48,549 nucleotides of DNA, from the NCBI GenBank assembly GCA_000934665.2, contig KZ538940.1:1-48549 (forward strand), in the 5' to 3' direction. Source of the stretch: Catajapyx aquilonaris. Lineage: Eukaryota. Made by a program: the position numbers and the translations under genes. The stretch's first letter is position 1. Every line of letters begins with the position of its first letter. The notes beneath the pieces were generated by a model. The model saw nothing but the letters and a program-made list of their open reading frames with translations. It made no database searches and was not told the DNA's origin. This document shows positions 22,537 to 33,607 of the stretch, piece by piece.

Positions 22537-23899
22537 TTAAAGTAGAGGTCTGTGTTTGAGAATTGCACTTTAGAGAGAGTTTTCTGGGAGTAAATAGAAT
22601 GGTTGGTTACATGGAGAAAGCTCTGTAAAAATTTTAAACAATTACTACTTCACACAGACATTTTCTAGCAAGGCAACCATCAGCACTCTCCCAAGGTGAA
22701 GGCTGTGGGAAGGTCACATCAGTCTATACTGTATACGACGGGCCCTCTTTGTCGAAGCACGAAAACTCTTTAGTACGGCACCGTACTTCACCACCAAGGG
22801 GGTAATCACTCGACTGAAAAGTGTACACTGGAGTACCAAATTCAAGGAGTACCACGGAGTAATAAAGAGTGAGGTGCCTGAGGAGTACCAGGGAGTACCA
22901 CTCACAGGTGTACACCGGAGTACAGAAGTGATTACCCCCTTGTTCACCACAGTTTGCCCTACTCTCACAAAAATATACCGTACCTTTCCTGTTTTTGCAC
23001 ACGGGCAAATTCCTTACACTAGGAGCTGTGGTCTTAATGACATTCGGTAATTAATAACATACATGGGTTGGACATAATAATAGGAACACCTGCAAAAACC
23101 GGTTGAAACTTCGCGTCTTTTTTATTCGAAAACTGGAAAAGTTACCAATGTGACTTTTACCAGATTTTGAAGCTCCGTCGATGTACATTTGTGGAGGTAT
23201 GCAGATGACCCAAAAATCACGAGTGGGGGTGGGGGAGAGAAACAAAATACGAACGACACCCTCCCAGACCCCATTTTGGAACAAAGTGTTCCAGCCTCGT
23301 CATTTGAAAACCAAAGCAGTTATGGATATGAACTTTACTAAGTTTTGAAGCTCTGTGGATGTCACTTTGTAAGGTATAGAGATGGAGCAATAATCATGCG
23401 AGGGAGAGGGGAAAAAAGAGAGAAACGGCACCACCCCACCCCGGCACTGATTTAAAGAATAGGATGATTGTACCGTGCGCGTGGGTTGGACAAAATAAGG
23501 GATTTTTCAGCCATCTGTATACCACAAAGTGACATAAATAGAGCTTCAAATCCCAGTAAATACCATTTCTGCAACTGTACTGCAGTACATTGGGGTAACA
23601 TGCCGCATCAGAAGCTAGTTGCAAGCTTGCTGGTTGGCTCGTTGGCAAATTGCAGCGGAGGGGTAGGGATAGAAAGGTTTGGTTTTTTAAAGACAAAATT
23701 CAAGAAAACAACTTTTATTACTTTTAACAATCATCTAACCCCTGCGTGCTACTGTGCATGGGGGAAACGTCAAATTTCAACTTTGACAACAAAACTTTCC
23801 TATTTTCTTTACAAAATGGTGACATATATTTAAACAGCTCTGCCGTTTGGCAACTAGAGAAACAATCTAAAGGGAACACAAGGGGATGACCCCATTCTT

Positions 23900-26800
23900 T
23901 TAGGCATCTGGCGAGTCATGTGGCTGCTCCTGCCACTTCCGGATCTCGTAGGCACACTTCACAAGTTCCTCATATTGTTGTGACAACTTAGCCTGAAGTT
24001 CAGCTTCCAGCTTCTCACGCAGCTCACTCTCCCTTCGACTTACAATGAGTTCACACATTACCTCAACCTGCACCACAAAAGAATACAAAGCATCAGCAGA
24101 AATTCTGAATTTAAAGGAAGGAAGGAAGGACTTATACTTCTTTATAGGTGAATAAAGGCTGCCCGACCGGGAAAGGGTGCAGACGATTATCAAGGGGATG
24201 GGGCATCATGGCTGGGGTGAGTGTGGTAGGAGACTGTACTTGGTGCGGCGAACAGGTAGTGAGACTGCTGCTGAAGTGGGAAGGTTGAGAAGAACACTCG
24301 GATCCACGATGTGATAATGAGCTCTCCTCAGAGTGAAGACTACTCTGCCCATGTTGACGCGGCTGTATCTCACCTATGATGTTGACTGCAATTACTTATG
24401 TGGTTTTAAAAACTTGTCATTTAGACATTGTCAATGTGGATAATACAGAGTAGCCACGTGTGTCACATTCTGCCTCTGCATCGTTGTCATATTTTTCAGT
24501 CTCAAAGCAAAATGACGGATGGGGCATAATTATGTATCGTGTGCAGACTGGGAGAAAATACTCGTAGGCCATTTTCCACTCGCCCTATATGATTGTATAG
24601 TCTAGATCTAGAACATGTTCAAGAATATATAAGTTTTCAAAAGCAAAATAGTCGTGGCTTAGGATTTTATTGGGTGGAATTTCCACGGAAGCGAAGGTTC
24701 GTAACACGAGACTTCGCCAGATTCAACAAAGATCGAAGTTCCACCCAAGGACTGCTTAAGTAAACGTCTTTTCGGAACGACATGCTTCTTTTTTGCGTTA
24801 AATTTCATGATGATGGGGTGAATCTGCTGGTGTACCCCTGACTTTCATGACCATTGTCAGATACAAGACAACCATGATGCCATCCCTACCCCTAAACACA
24901 ACCGCCCTTCTTTCTGCCTAAAATTGCTGCCAGCTGGCACCATGAACTTTTCATTTGTCCAAATAATTTGATAACCTGTTCTCCACTACACCATTAGTTC
25001 TGAGGATGCAACATTTTTCAGATTCATTTACTTTGCCTGGAAATCAGTAGGCCTACCATGCAACAAGAAAGTGATATGTATCAGTATATATGCAAAGCTG
25101 ACATGAAACATCGTTGGCACTGTCAAATGACATTTGCTTCAAATGCTATACTTATTCAGCCAGCCCAACAGCATCAGCTACGCTCCGCGGAGCACAGTTT
25201 GGGAATCACTTGGGAAGAAGCTTTGATAATAACATGACACTTTTGCGGGAAAAATAGTTCACTTGTCCACCTGGCCTTGAACACAACATCGCCTAAATTT
25301 TTAGTTTATTGCACTCATATTTTCTTACCGCAAATCGCATTTCATGGAACAACTGCATCAATGTAAACCCCGAAAATGGCCATTGAGAGAGAAAAAACGA
25401 GCATTTCGCGGAATGCCAAGCGGAATGCTCGTTTTTAAACGAGCAGACCCCGAAATCCTCCTTTTAAAAAGACCAGAACGCTTTTCTGGACTACACAAAA
25501 ATGTCAGGACGCGAAATTAGTGTCGTGGCTGGTTCAGAAAAAGTTGTGGCAGTTTCTTGTTTCCCACTTCGCCATGTAGACACAACAACAATAGGGTGAT
25601 TTATTTTCAGCATCTACTTGGCGTAGTGTGAAATAAGAAACCTGCCACAGCGCGTTATGGACTTTTTTTAACCAGCCACGACACTAATTTCGTGTCCTGA
25701 CATTTTTGTGTAGTCCAGAAAAGCGTTCTGGCCTTTAAAAAAAATAGCATTTCGCGAAATGGCTGGTTTAAAAAGGAGCATTTCGCGGTCTGACTGTTTT
25801 GAAATGAGCATTCCGCGAAATTCTCGCTCAATGGCCGTTTTCGGGGTCGTATTTATCAGATATTTTTGCCAAGATAATAATTTTTGATGCAAGCGACAAC
25901 GCGCTCATTTAGAAGAAAACTGCGGTTCTGGGCCGAATTTATTGGTGGTGTTTTCCACTTATGAAAGAAATTCAAGAAGAACATCAGTCGGATGCACCAG
26001 AAGGGGTGTTGCTGTGGGGTGACAATTGCGAGCACCTATGATGTCTGAGAGATTTCCGGCATCGAGAAATCTGTTCTAATGGATCAGGAGCGAGGTAACA
26101 CAAAGGAGTATGACTGGGTAATCAAATCATTTGCCATTACTTTAAAACCAACCTGCCTGACATCAACTGTATATTTATATGAATGCCTCAGTAGTCATTA
26201 GGCAATACGTCAGACGCCACTTCGAAAATTTCCTTCCAAAGTAAGTCTTGTTCAGAATTGTGGCTAAATTGAAAAGGCTAATTTAAACTACTGGCCAATT
26301 TTTACTTTTGCCGCTTTTATCGCTTATTTGTGTGAATCGGGATATCTGCCTATGCAACAACTAAAATCAAGAACAGGAGCCACCTCTGAACCAGATATTT
26401 TTCTGCAGCCACCCACAAAATTGGACATCGCCAAATTATGCAAACCTAAAATTAATAACCTCATTCATCTCAGTAGGTGCTACACTGTGTAAAAAAAATG
26501 TAATTAAAATAATATGCCTTTTTATTCTGCCTGTAATGTTTGACTTATTTTAAATTGCTCAAAAATATTGAAGCGATGTTTTATTGAAACCAAATGCATA
26601 ATCGTATCCATATTTTTGAGGGATACACACAGTGTCACAGTGTACATGTAGGCCCTACGCCCTACCTAATGCCCACATTGGAAGGGGGGGAAATGTCAGG
26701 GGCTCCGCTGTTTTTTTTTTGTTTTTTTTGTTTTTTTTTTTCAAAAAAAGGGCTCCATGGGACAAAGAGTTTGGGAACCATGAGCTAGGTCATCTGGATT

Positions 26801-26953
26801 CAGCTGTTCAGAGCTGTTCTTTCCGTAGGGTGGGCACCCAGGAACGTTCGAAGCCCAGATGTCCGTCAGAATGACCTCCCCTGACCTCCGCATCGCATGC
26901 AAACTCGCCTGTGCCCCGATGTCCCCAAGCCCACACTCACCTGAACGACTCAT
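23900..26953 (-). CDS. Akirin-like paralog B, divergent, ~142 aa. Exons: 26953-26941, 24385(or 24394)-24138, 24067-23900
   Basis: Spliced product contains NIIGEIQ...QPLFTYKE|VEVMCELIVSRRESELREKLEAELQAKLSQQYEELVK, matching the Akirin PLFT(F/L)RQVG-ICE...L-E-Y core. The first exon is inferred from ATGAGTCGTTCAG|GTGAGT (phase 1, matching the acceptor) and is less certain than the other two. Confidence 0.72.
25366..25849. mobile_element. MITE with ~170-bp imperfect TIRs, TA-flanked
   Basis: accccgaaaatggccattgag ... ctcaatggccgttttcggggt; the inner arms ctggactacacaaaaatgtcagg are exact reverse complements. Confidence 0.8.
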
Positions 26954-27210
26954 TTCAACCTCCAGCAAGCTCGCGGTGTCAGGCACTCCTTCCTCAACAC
27001 AACCGAACCAATGCAATGCAATGGAACGACCCTTCGAACACCGTGACGCCGATCCAAGATGGTGACCAGCCTCTTCCCTCTTCTCCACTGCTCCTCAGAC
27101 GTGGCGCCACCGTCGGAATGCACAAAAAAAGGCGCCAAAATGGGGATGGATTCTAAGCGTATGCTAGGACTAGGAATGAGAGATTTCAGTGGTTGATTGG
27201 CTCCCAATTG
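26954..27210 (-). promoter_or_regulatory. Putative promoter and 5' UTR of Akirin-like B
   Basis: CCAAT box (gagccaatc on -, ~27196-27204), a YY1-like ccattttggcg motif, and a CpG-richer stretch with no ATG before the one at 26953. Confidence 0.45.
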
Positions 27211-27238
27211 TATAATAAAGGTCCATTTTGCTTTTATA

Positions 27239-27615
27239 CAGGGTGGTCCAACTTTATTGTCCGAACAGCTATTGACAAATTCGGCCTAAGCTGCTTATGT
27301 TGTAGTGCGTTACCTGGCAACCCTGTCCGGCGGGCCAATTCAAACATCAGCCCATGGAGACTGCTTCCATTGTTGCCACTGTTTACTAATTGAGTGAGTG
27401 ACGCGGATGACCCAGCGACGGATCTCTTCTGCCTGCGCACTCACTCACTCGATTTGTAAACAGTGGCAACAATGGAAGCGCTATCCATGGGCTGATGTTT
27501 GAATTGGCCCGCCGGACAGGGTTGCCAGGTTAACGCACTACAACATAAGCAGCTTAGGCCGAATTTGTCAATAGCTGCGTGATAGCTGTTCGGACAAAAA
27601 AGTTGGACCACCCTA
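27239..27615. mobile_element. Near-palindromic Tc1/mariner-type MITE
   Basis: TA|cagggtggtccaactt ... aagttggaccaccct; arms of about 165 bp. Confidence 0.9.
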
Positions 27616-27983
27616 TAGGTATATTATAGCAGACTCTGCTGGATTATGTCTGGTGAACGTACACCTAATGGCACGGACCTGTCAAGGTTTTAGGCTTTGA
27701 ACGGAAGACAGCAGTGTCAGACATTGGTAAACTTGACCCAGTTGTAGTACAAAATTTTCACAGGTACGGTAACCTCGAAAACCATTACTGCTACTTTGTG
27801 GATTAGCCCATTGTTGCTGTAAGTGGTATGTCCCACCAGCATGTAACACTCCACCCGAAAAATGTGGGAAGAAAATCAGTCTGGAATCAAACTTCAATTT
27901 ATTATTGTGGATTTTTCAAAAAACATCAAAATGAAACGGAAAAACAGTTTGAGTTTTGATACTGAGTGGTCAGACGAATCTTC

Positions 27984-30301
27984 TTATTTGAAATCCCATT
28001 CATATTCCTCCTCGTCCTCGAGGTCACACCTGCCATCAGAAGTGTCCCAGGTTCGATCGGAAGAGGCGAAAAGAGCTCTAGCAGCAGTCACAGGAGTACT
28101 ACTGGAACGGTCACGAGCCTCATTCAGATAGTCAAAGGCGCCATCAGAATAGCCATAGGCACCTTCGGGAGAGGCAGAAGCTCTACCAGAAGTCCCAGAA
28201 GCTCTACGGGAACGGCCACGAGCTTCATCGGGATAAGCAACGGCGCCCTTGGGGTTGCCATCATGGTCATCTGCAGACCGTCGAGCCGCCTCGTTCCACC
28301 GAATCTTCCTGTCATCCTAAAACAAAAATTATATCGATGTAAATCCAAACGTGCTTATGATTTTCCTTGCAACAGTGCAGTGGTAACGGGATCATAGATA
28401 CTAGCCAGACTGAAGCATTCACCCGACCACACACCCGATTGTTGCTAAGCTGCTACTGTTATTGTCGATGAGGCAGGAAAATATTACAGTATATTAGACC
28501 TGTCTCACTTTTATATTTTCCTATTTCCTCCACATCGAGAGTAACAGTAACAGGTGCGTCTCCCATCATAATGTTTGCGCTATCGCATAATGTCGCAATT
28601 ATAATAAATTATAGATTACAACTTGCGATATTATGCTCCTATCTTGCGAATAGAGGTAGCCTACTACATCAGAAATGGAAGAGGGGTCAGAATAATGGAT
28701 ACCATATTGTACTTGTAGCTGCTATCAGTCTCATGACACCCGATACGGTATAGGATTGCATTTGCCACAAGAAAAATACCATCCCATTTTGGTGAATATT
28801 TGAGGGTCATTGTGGCATACAAAGGTCAAGGTTCTGGAACTCGGGTAGGCTATAATTATGTTATCTGAAACCAGCACAATCATGTTAAACGGGGATCCGA
28901 GAGGAAGGGGGAAGGGTCAAAGACACCCGGCCTGCACCAGCCTGCACCCGGCGTGGTGTTGGATTTCGCCAAGTTTTGTGCTCGTGCAATGCATAAGTGC
29001 CACCGGTGTCCAAGGTTCACTATCTTAAAGTGGTGTGACAAATAAAGCACCTTTTTAATCCCCTAATCTAATTTTAGTGCTGACATGACGCACGATCAAG
29101 GAAAATTCCTCAAAGCACGCAACAACAATGTTGTAGAGAGACAGACGACACTGGAAGGAACATTTTGAGACACACACACACACCCACACGCACAGGGTGG
29201 TCCAACATCAAGTGTCGTTTTATAACGGCTATTAATAGAAGCGCCTTACGATTGACGTAGCAGCGACGTGTAAAATTGCCCACTTCGATGGCGCCGAAGA
29301 TGCGCCGAAGTGCGACATTTTACGCGTCGCTGCTACGTCATCGCAAAATCACTGCTATTAATCGCCGTTATAAAACGACACTTGATGTTGGACCACCCTG
29401 TACATCACAAGGTTTCGTTATTCCTGTAACTTTCGTTTGTAGGTCGCTGCCCTCTTCTGACACTCATGTGTGAGCATGGGGGGGGGGGGGGGTGTTATGC
29501 CCCAAGAGTGGTTCCTGAGTCATTACACAGCGGGACAAATTAAATAATATCCACCGGTGATTAGTATTCAAGAACACTGCCACATACCTGAGCAGCTGTC
29601 ACATCTTCCTGGTCTCGATTAGATCGGTCCAAGCGTACCGAAAAATCGAGGCCTTTCTTGTGATGGTTGTCCGACCTTTCCGGGTGCTGCAGGCGAGCTG
29701 GAGACTTGTTTAACGCACGTGTCTTCTTCCCTCCTACCACCAGGAGATAGGAGTCTGCCACAGGGGCGATGTCATCCTCAGGGTCCTTATCTGTAGCCTT
29801 CAGAGACTTCTCTTTCTTGCAAAAATGTTGGTCTTCAGGCTGGGTATTGTTGGAAGGCCCGTTCCAGGTCATTGAGGCAATACGAGCCTTCAGCTCCTTT
29901 TTGCGCTCACGGCTCATACCGACACGACTCGTGATGGGCGGCAGCGGATTAACCTGGTCCAGGAGCTTCACCTCCAGAGCCTGGTGATGTTCCGCCTCCT
30001 CGGACTTCGACTTTTCGTTTTCCGTGGACTCGTTGTCTCCGTTTGTCATGGCGCACTGGAGAGCTTCCATGTCAGGGACCGGCTTCAATTCGACCTTCTC
30101 CAAGTTGACACAACCAGAGTCGCTCTCCTCGATCTCATCAGGTTCCTGTTGCGCAAGGTACCGAGCGTACCGAGCTGCGAACGATGCGTCCAAGTCATCT
30201 TCCTCTTCCTCCTCCTTTTTTGACCGGGTCAGAGCTTCACAAATCTTGATTTCTTCCTCATCACTGAAGGAATCACTATCCGCCGGATTATATTCAGCCA
30301 T
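27984..30301 (-). CDS. Uncharacterised 348-aa acidic, probably disordered protein with UIM-like motif. Exons: 30301-29588 and 28316-27984
   Basis: ATG in a good context (gcgacATGG) with an upstream in-frame stop. The 238-codon exon ends CAG|gtatgt. Acceptor tttgttttag| opens a phase-0, stop-free 111-codon exon (DDRKIRWNE...EDEEEYEWDFK*). AATAAA on - at 27898-27903. Confidence 0.75.
29193..29400. mobile_element. Palindromic Tc1/mariner-type MITE in the intron of the 348-aa gene
   Basis: cagggtggtccaacatcaagtgtcg ... cgacacttgatgttggaccaccctg|TA; same first 14 bp as the 27239 element. Confidence 0.88.
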
Positions 30302-31139
30302 GTCGCTGTCTCTTCGCCTTCGGCAGCAACTACTATCTCCGGTGAACGCACTGAAGTAACTGGCGATGGCGGTTGTTCACTCCAGAAGCATTGTACCGAT
30401 TAACGCGGCCTCCGTATTAGGAATGTGGCGTTCTCTACAAAAGGAACACTGTCGCAGACAATATGACAGGCCTATCACTAAGCAAGGTTGCCAATAGAGG
30501 TTCCTCTTCAAAGCGGACCTACCAAGAAGAACTTAGTGGCAAGACTGACTGACTCATCATTTTATTACACGTGTATAGCAATGTTCAAAAAAGCAGCGGT
30601 TTCGAATAACAGTGTCCTCTTGACCACATTCCCGACACCTAGAGGACAAGAGGATAATGTCTTAAATGTTGAAAACTTATCATGGTATATCACAACTGAA
30701 TGACGTCAAGCTACAAGATAACTCAGGTCCACGCGTCCACCTGCAGGGTCATGGCCAGACAGACCACATCAACCAGTTCTGTCACAAAACGCGAACTTCC
30801 GATTGAGTCATCAAAGATTATTTGACACAGTCTGGTGTGTTCGAAGCTGAAACTTGACCTATGAAGCTGGGTCTTGCTCACACGAAGATAAAATTATTTT
30901 CGAACATTCCATCCAACACCTGGCCGTCTTCAATTATTATTGTGGCTTCAACAATAATAATTGAAGCCCTCGGGAGAAGAACGATCAAGGTCCACCTCAT
31001 GTGAAACTGAGATATTTTGATTTCTTTCGCCGGAAGGCCCAAGGTTCTATTGTAAAGCCCACTTTCGGGGTCTTCCATTGTGACCTAATGATCATTATTC
31101 CACAACCACACCAAACCATCATATTCTACACTATATGTA

Positions 31140-31457
31140 TTACAAAACGTTTTGACATAACAAAATGTGTTTTTTCTTTTGCGAAACCGGCACTATAAAA
31201 GTTATCAGCGAAAATACGAGTTGAAGGACACATTATTCTGTTCCATAAAATCACAAATGTGTATGACATACTGTATAATTATGTGTCATCCTTCCATCCT
31301 CCCTGAAGTGTGTCACACAAACGGTTTGGCGTGTCGTTGCCCCTACCGTTGCCCAGAATAGAATATTATAGGATATGCAATATGTCATATATATCACATC
31401 GCTCACAGTTCTGTGTCATTTGACATAATAAAACACGCTTAAGATATTGCCTGATAC
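31140..31457 (+). repeat. Dispersed repeat, related copy at ~38630-39008
   Basis: Shared blocks tgtgtcatccttcca, cacagttctg.gtcatttgaca and attgcctga.acg. Confidence 0.65.
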
Positions 31458-32112
31458 GGGGGATGGTGGCCTGAGATGGTAATGTCTCGGCTTGCTGTGT
31501 GTGGAAAGTCCGGGAGTTCCTTTTCACCTGCGTCAGGAGGGAGGGTCTCTGACCTGCACCGGTAGGACCAAATCGAAAAAAGCGGACATATTCCTAAATC
31601 GTCTAACAAAATTACCTACTTTTAGTGACGAAAGTAGGTTTCCAGAGGTAGTATTTGTCACGGAATTCAAATCTGTTGCTAAAAATGAAAAATTCAAAAT
31701 GGCGGATGTGATACCCTAAAACTTCTCACTTGAACATAAAATTGACATTCGGGGTTTTTTCTGGTTGCTGAATTCAAATCTGTTGCTAAAAATTCACAAT
31801 TTTAAATGGCGGATACAATATGGCGGGCGTGTAACCCTGAAACCGCTCACTTTGAACAACTTGGGATTGGGGTTTTTCTGACTCCTGAATTCAAATATGC
31901 TGATATAAATTTGCACTGCCGTGGAGGTGTCTGGCAACCTAACCTCCAGGGAGACTGTACACGACCCCACAGCATGACATTGCACTTGCACCTGTGTCTC
32001 CTCCCCAACAAATCCCTATCCCCACCTCCTTTCTTCCCTGCACCGGAGACTGAAGTCAGAAAATTTGAATGGAAATGGTGGTGTTCCACACCCCCCCCCC
32101 CTTATTATAGGG
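31458..32112 (+). mobile_element. Degenerate tRNA-derived SINE interrupted by an aaaatggcgga-repeat element (~31560-31910); truncated relative at ~43425-43820
   Basis: Head ggtggcctgagatgg; blocks ctgcgtcaggag..ggtctctgacc and gacattgcac.ttgcacc are shared with 43452-43538. Confidence 0.55.
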
Positions 32113-32830
32113 CATGTACTGTACCTGCCAGGAGGGGAAATACTGATAAGTTGCCTGACACGTGGTATCTGAATATGCTCTCCCTTTGTGCAACTCACAA
32201 AAATATGTATATCTCAGATCTTTCCAAAAATAAACTGAAAGGATAACCCACTTTGCTTTATTGTTCGTTGATTCCAACGCAACGCCAGCATTGTCATAAT
32301 ACATGTTTTTAAGAAGGCCTACCAGATATCTGTACTATTAAAATTTACCTGTGGGAACAATGCCTTTTTCTAGGAATATAAAGTCTAGCAACACATCATG
32401 CTAACCCTACCTGCCCAAAGTCACATTGGCTTTCACAGTGGCCAGGTGAGGGCCAGGCCCAGGGTGGCCAGTGAAGGAATAAGATATAATTTTCAGAACA
32501 ATAAACAGTCATGTAGATTTTCCCAGTATTGCACTGGAGACCTCTGGATCAGAGTGGGCCACGTCTAAAACTCCTCAACATCTAAACCCTATACGTGCAA
32601 CTGGACATGATGGGTATAAGGCTACAGGCAATATGGGGAACGTGAAAATCATTCACTTGGCAACAACCTTCCCATTTTTCCCTTCCAAAATGGTGATCCA
32701 CAATACACTCTTGTTAAGACTATTTAAACAGCTGTGCCTTTTGGCATTATGGTGGGCAGTGGGATGACCCCCGTCCACACGATGCTTCGTTATTTTAGGC
32801 ACGTTGGTCGTATGGCTGATCCTCTGCCAC

Positions 32831-33607
32831 TTATTGGGACAATTCTGAAAATAAGGAAATCAGTGTCTCAGTAATATGCACGAAAATGTGTTGAGATTCA
32901 AATCTATCAACACCTGTGTCAGGTGTAAAGTTCAGTCTAAGAAAATGATCTAGGTTCTAGCTTCTCAGTAATTCAGAACTGCACATTATTGCCAGCTACC
33001 ACCATTTCTTCATGTCTCTGTACTTATTGATAACTACATGTCACGTAGTGTATTTTTGCAGCCAAGTGCAAGTGACATGGAGTGATGCCACCTATACCAT
33101 GGAAAATATATTGTCCATGACTTACAACTGGGATCAGCAGGAGCTTCATTGAACTTCATCTATTTGATCTGGTCATTGGCAAAATCGACAAATGCGTCGA
33201 ATTGCTCTGCCAGTTTGATATTGAGCACCGCTTCGTACTCCTGGCGCAACTGACTCTCCTTTTCACGTATCAACTGCTCACAGATAAGCTTCGCCTGCAC
33301 CAGAAAAGAACAGCAACGCATTAGCAGAAATTCTGAATGCAAAGGAAGGAAGAACCTACCTGCTCGAAGGTGAAGAGAGGCGTGTCCTGTAGGTCAGGAT
33401 GAAGAGAAAACGGGGCGTGAGGGCCCATCATGGAAGGGAACGGTGTGGTTGCAGGCTGTGGATAGTACGAGGCAAGGGAAGGTGGACTGCTGCAAAAGGT
33501 GGATGAATTAGGAGAATGGCTATCTGTTTCTGATAATGAACTACTGTCCATTTCCGAGTAAAGTCGTTTTTGTCCGCGATGGCGCTCCATATTGTCTTGT
33601 ATGTTTG
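32831..33607 (-). pseudogene. akirin: Akirin-like paralog A, C-terminally truncated or pseudogenised. Exons: 33607-33360, 33294-33126 (premature TAG at 33162-33160), 32844-32831; first exon not found
   Basis: ANIQDNMERHRGQKRL...DTPLFTFEQ|AKLICEQLIREKESQLRQEYEAVLNIKLAEQFDAFVDFANDQIK* is a clear Akirin C-terminal coiled coil. Reading past the stop gives MKFNEAPADPS[t|aa]LSQ*, the relic of the PSYLS tail. Confidence 0.82.

Noticed and set aside
27862..30359. Plus-strand ORFs at 27862-28397 and 29769-30359
   Set aside because: Antisense shadows of the minus-strand 348-aa gene.
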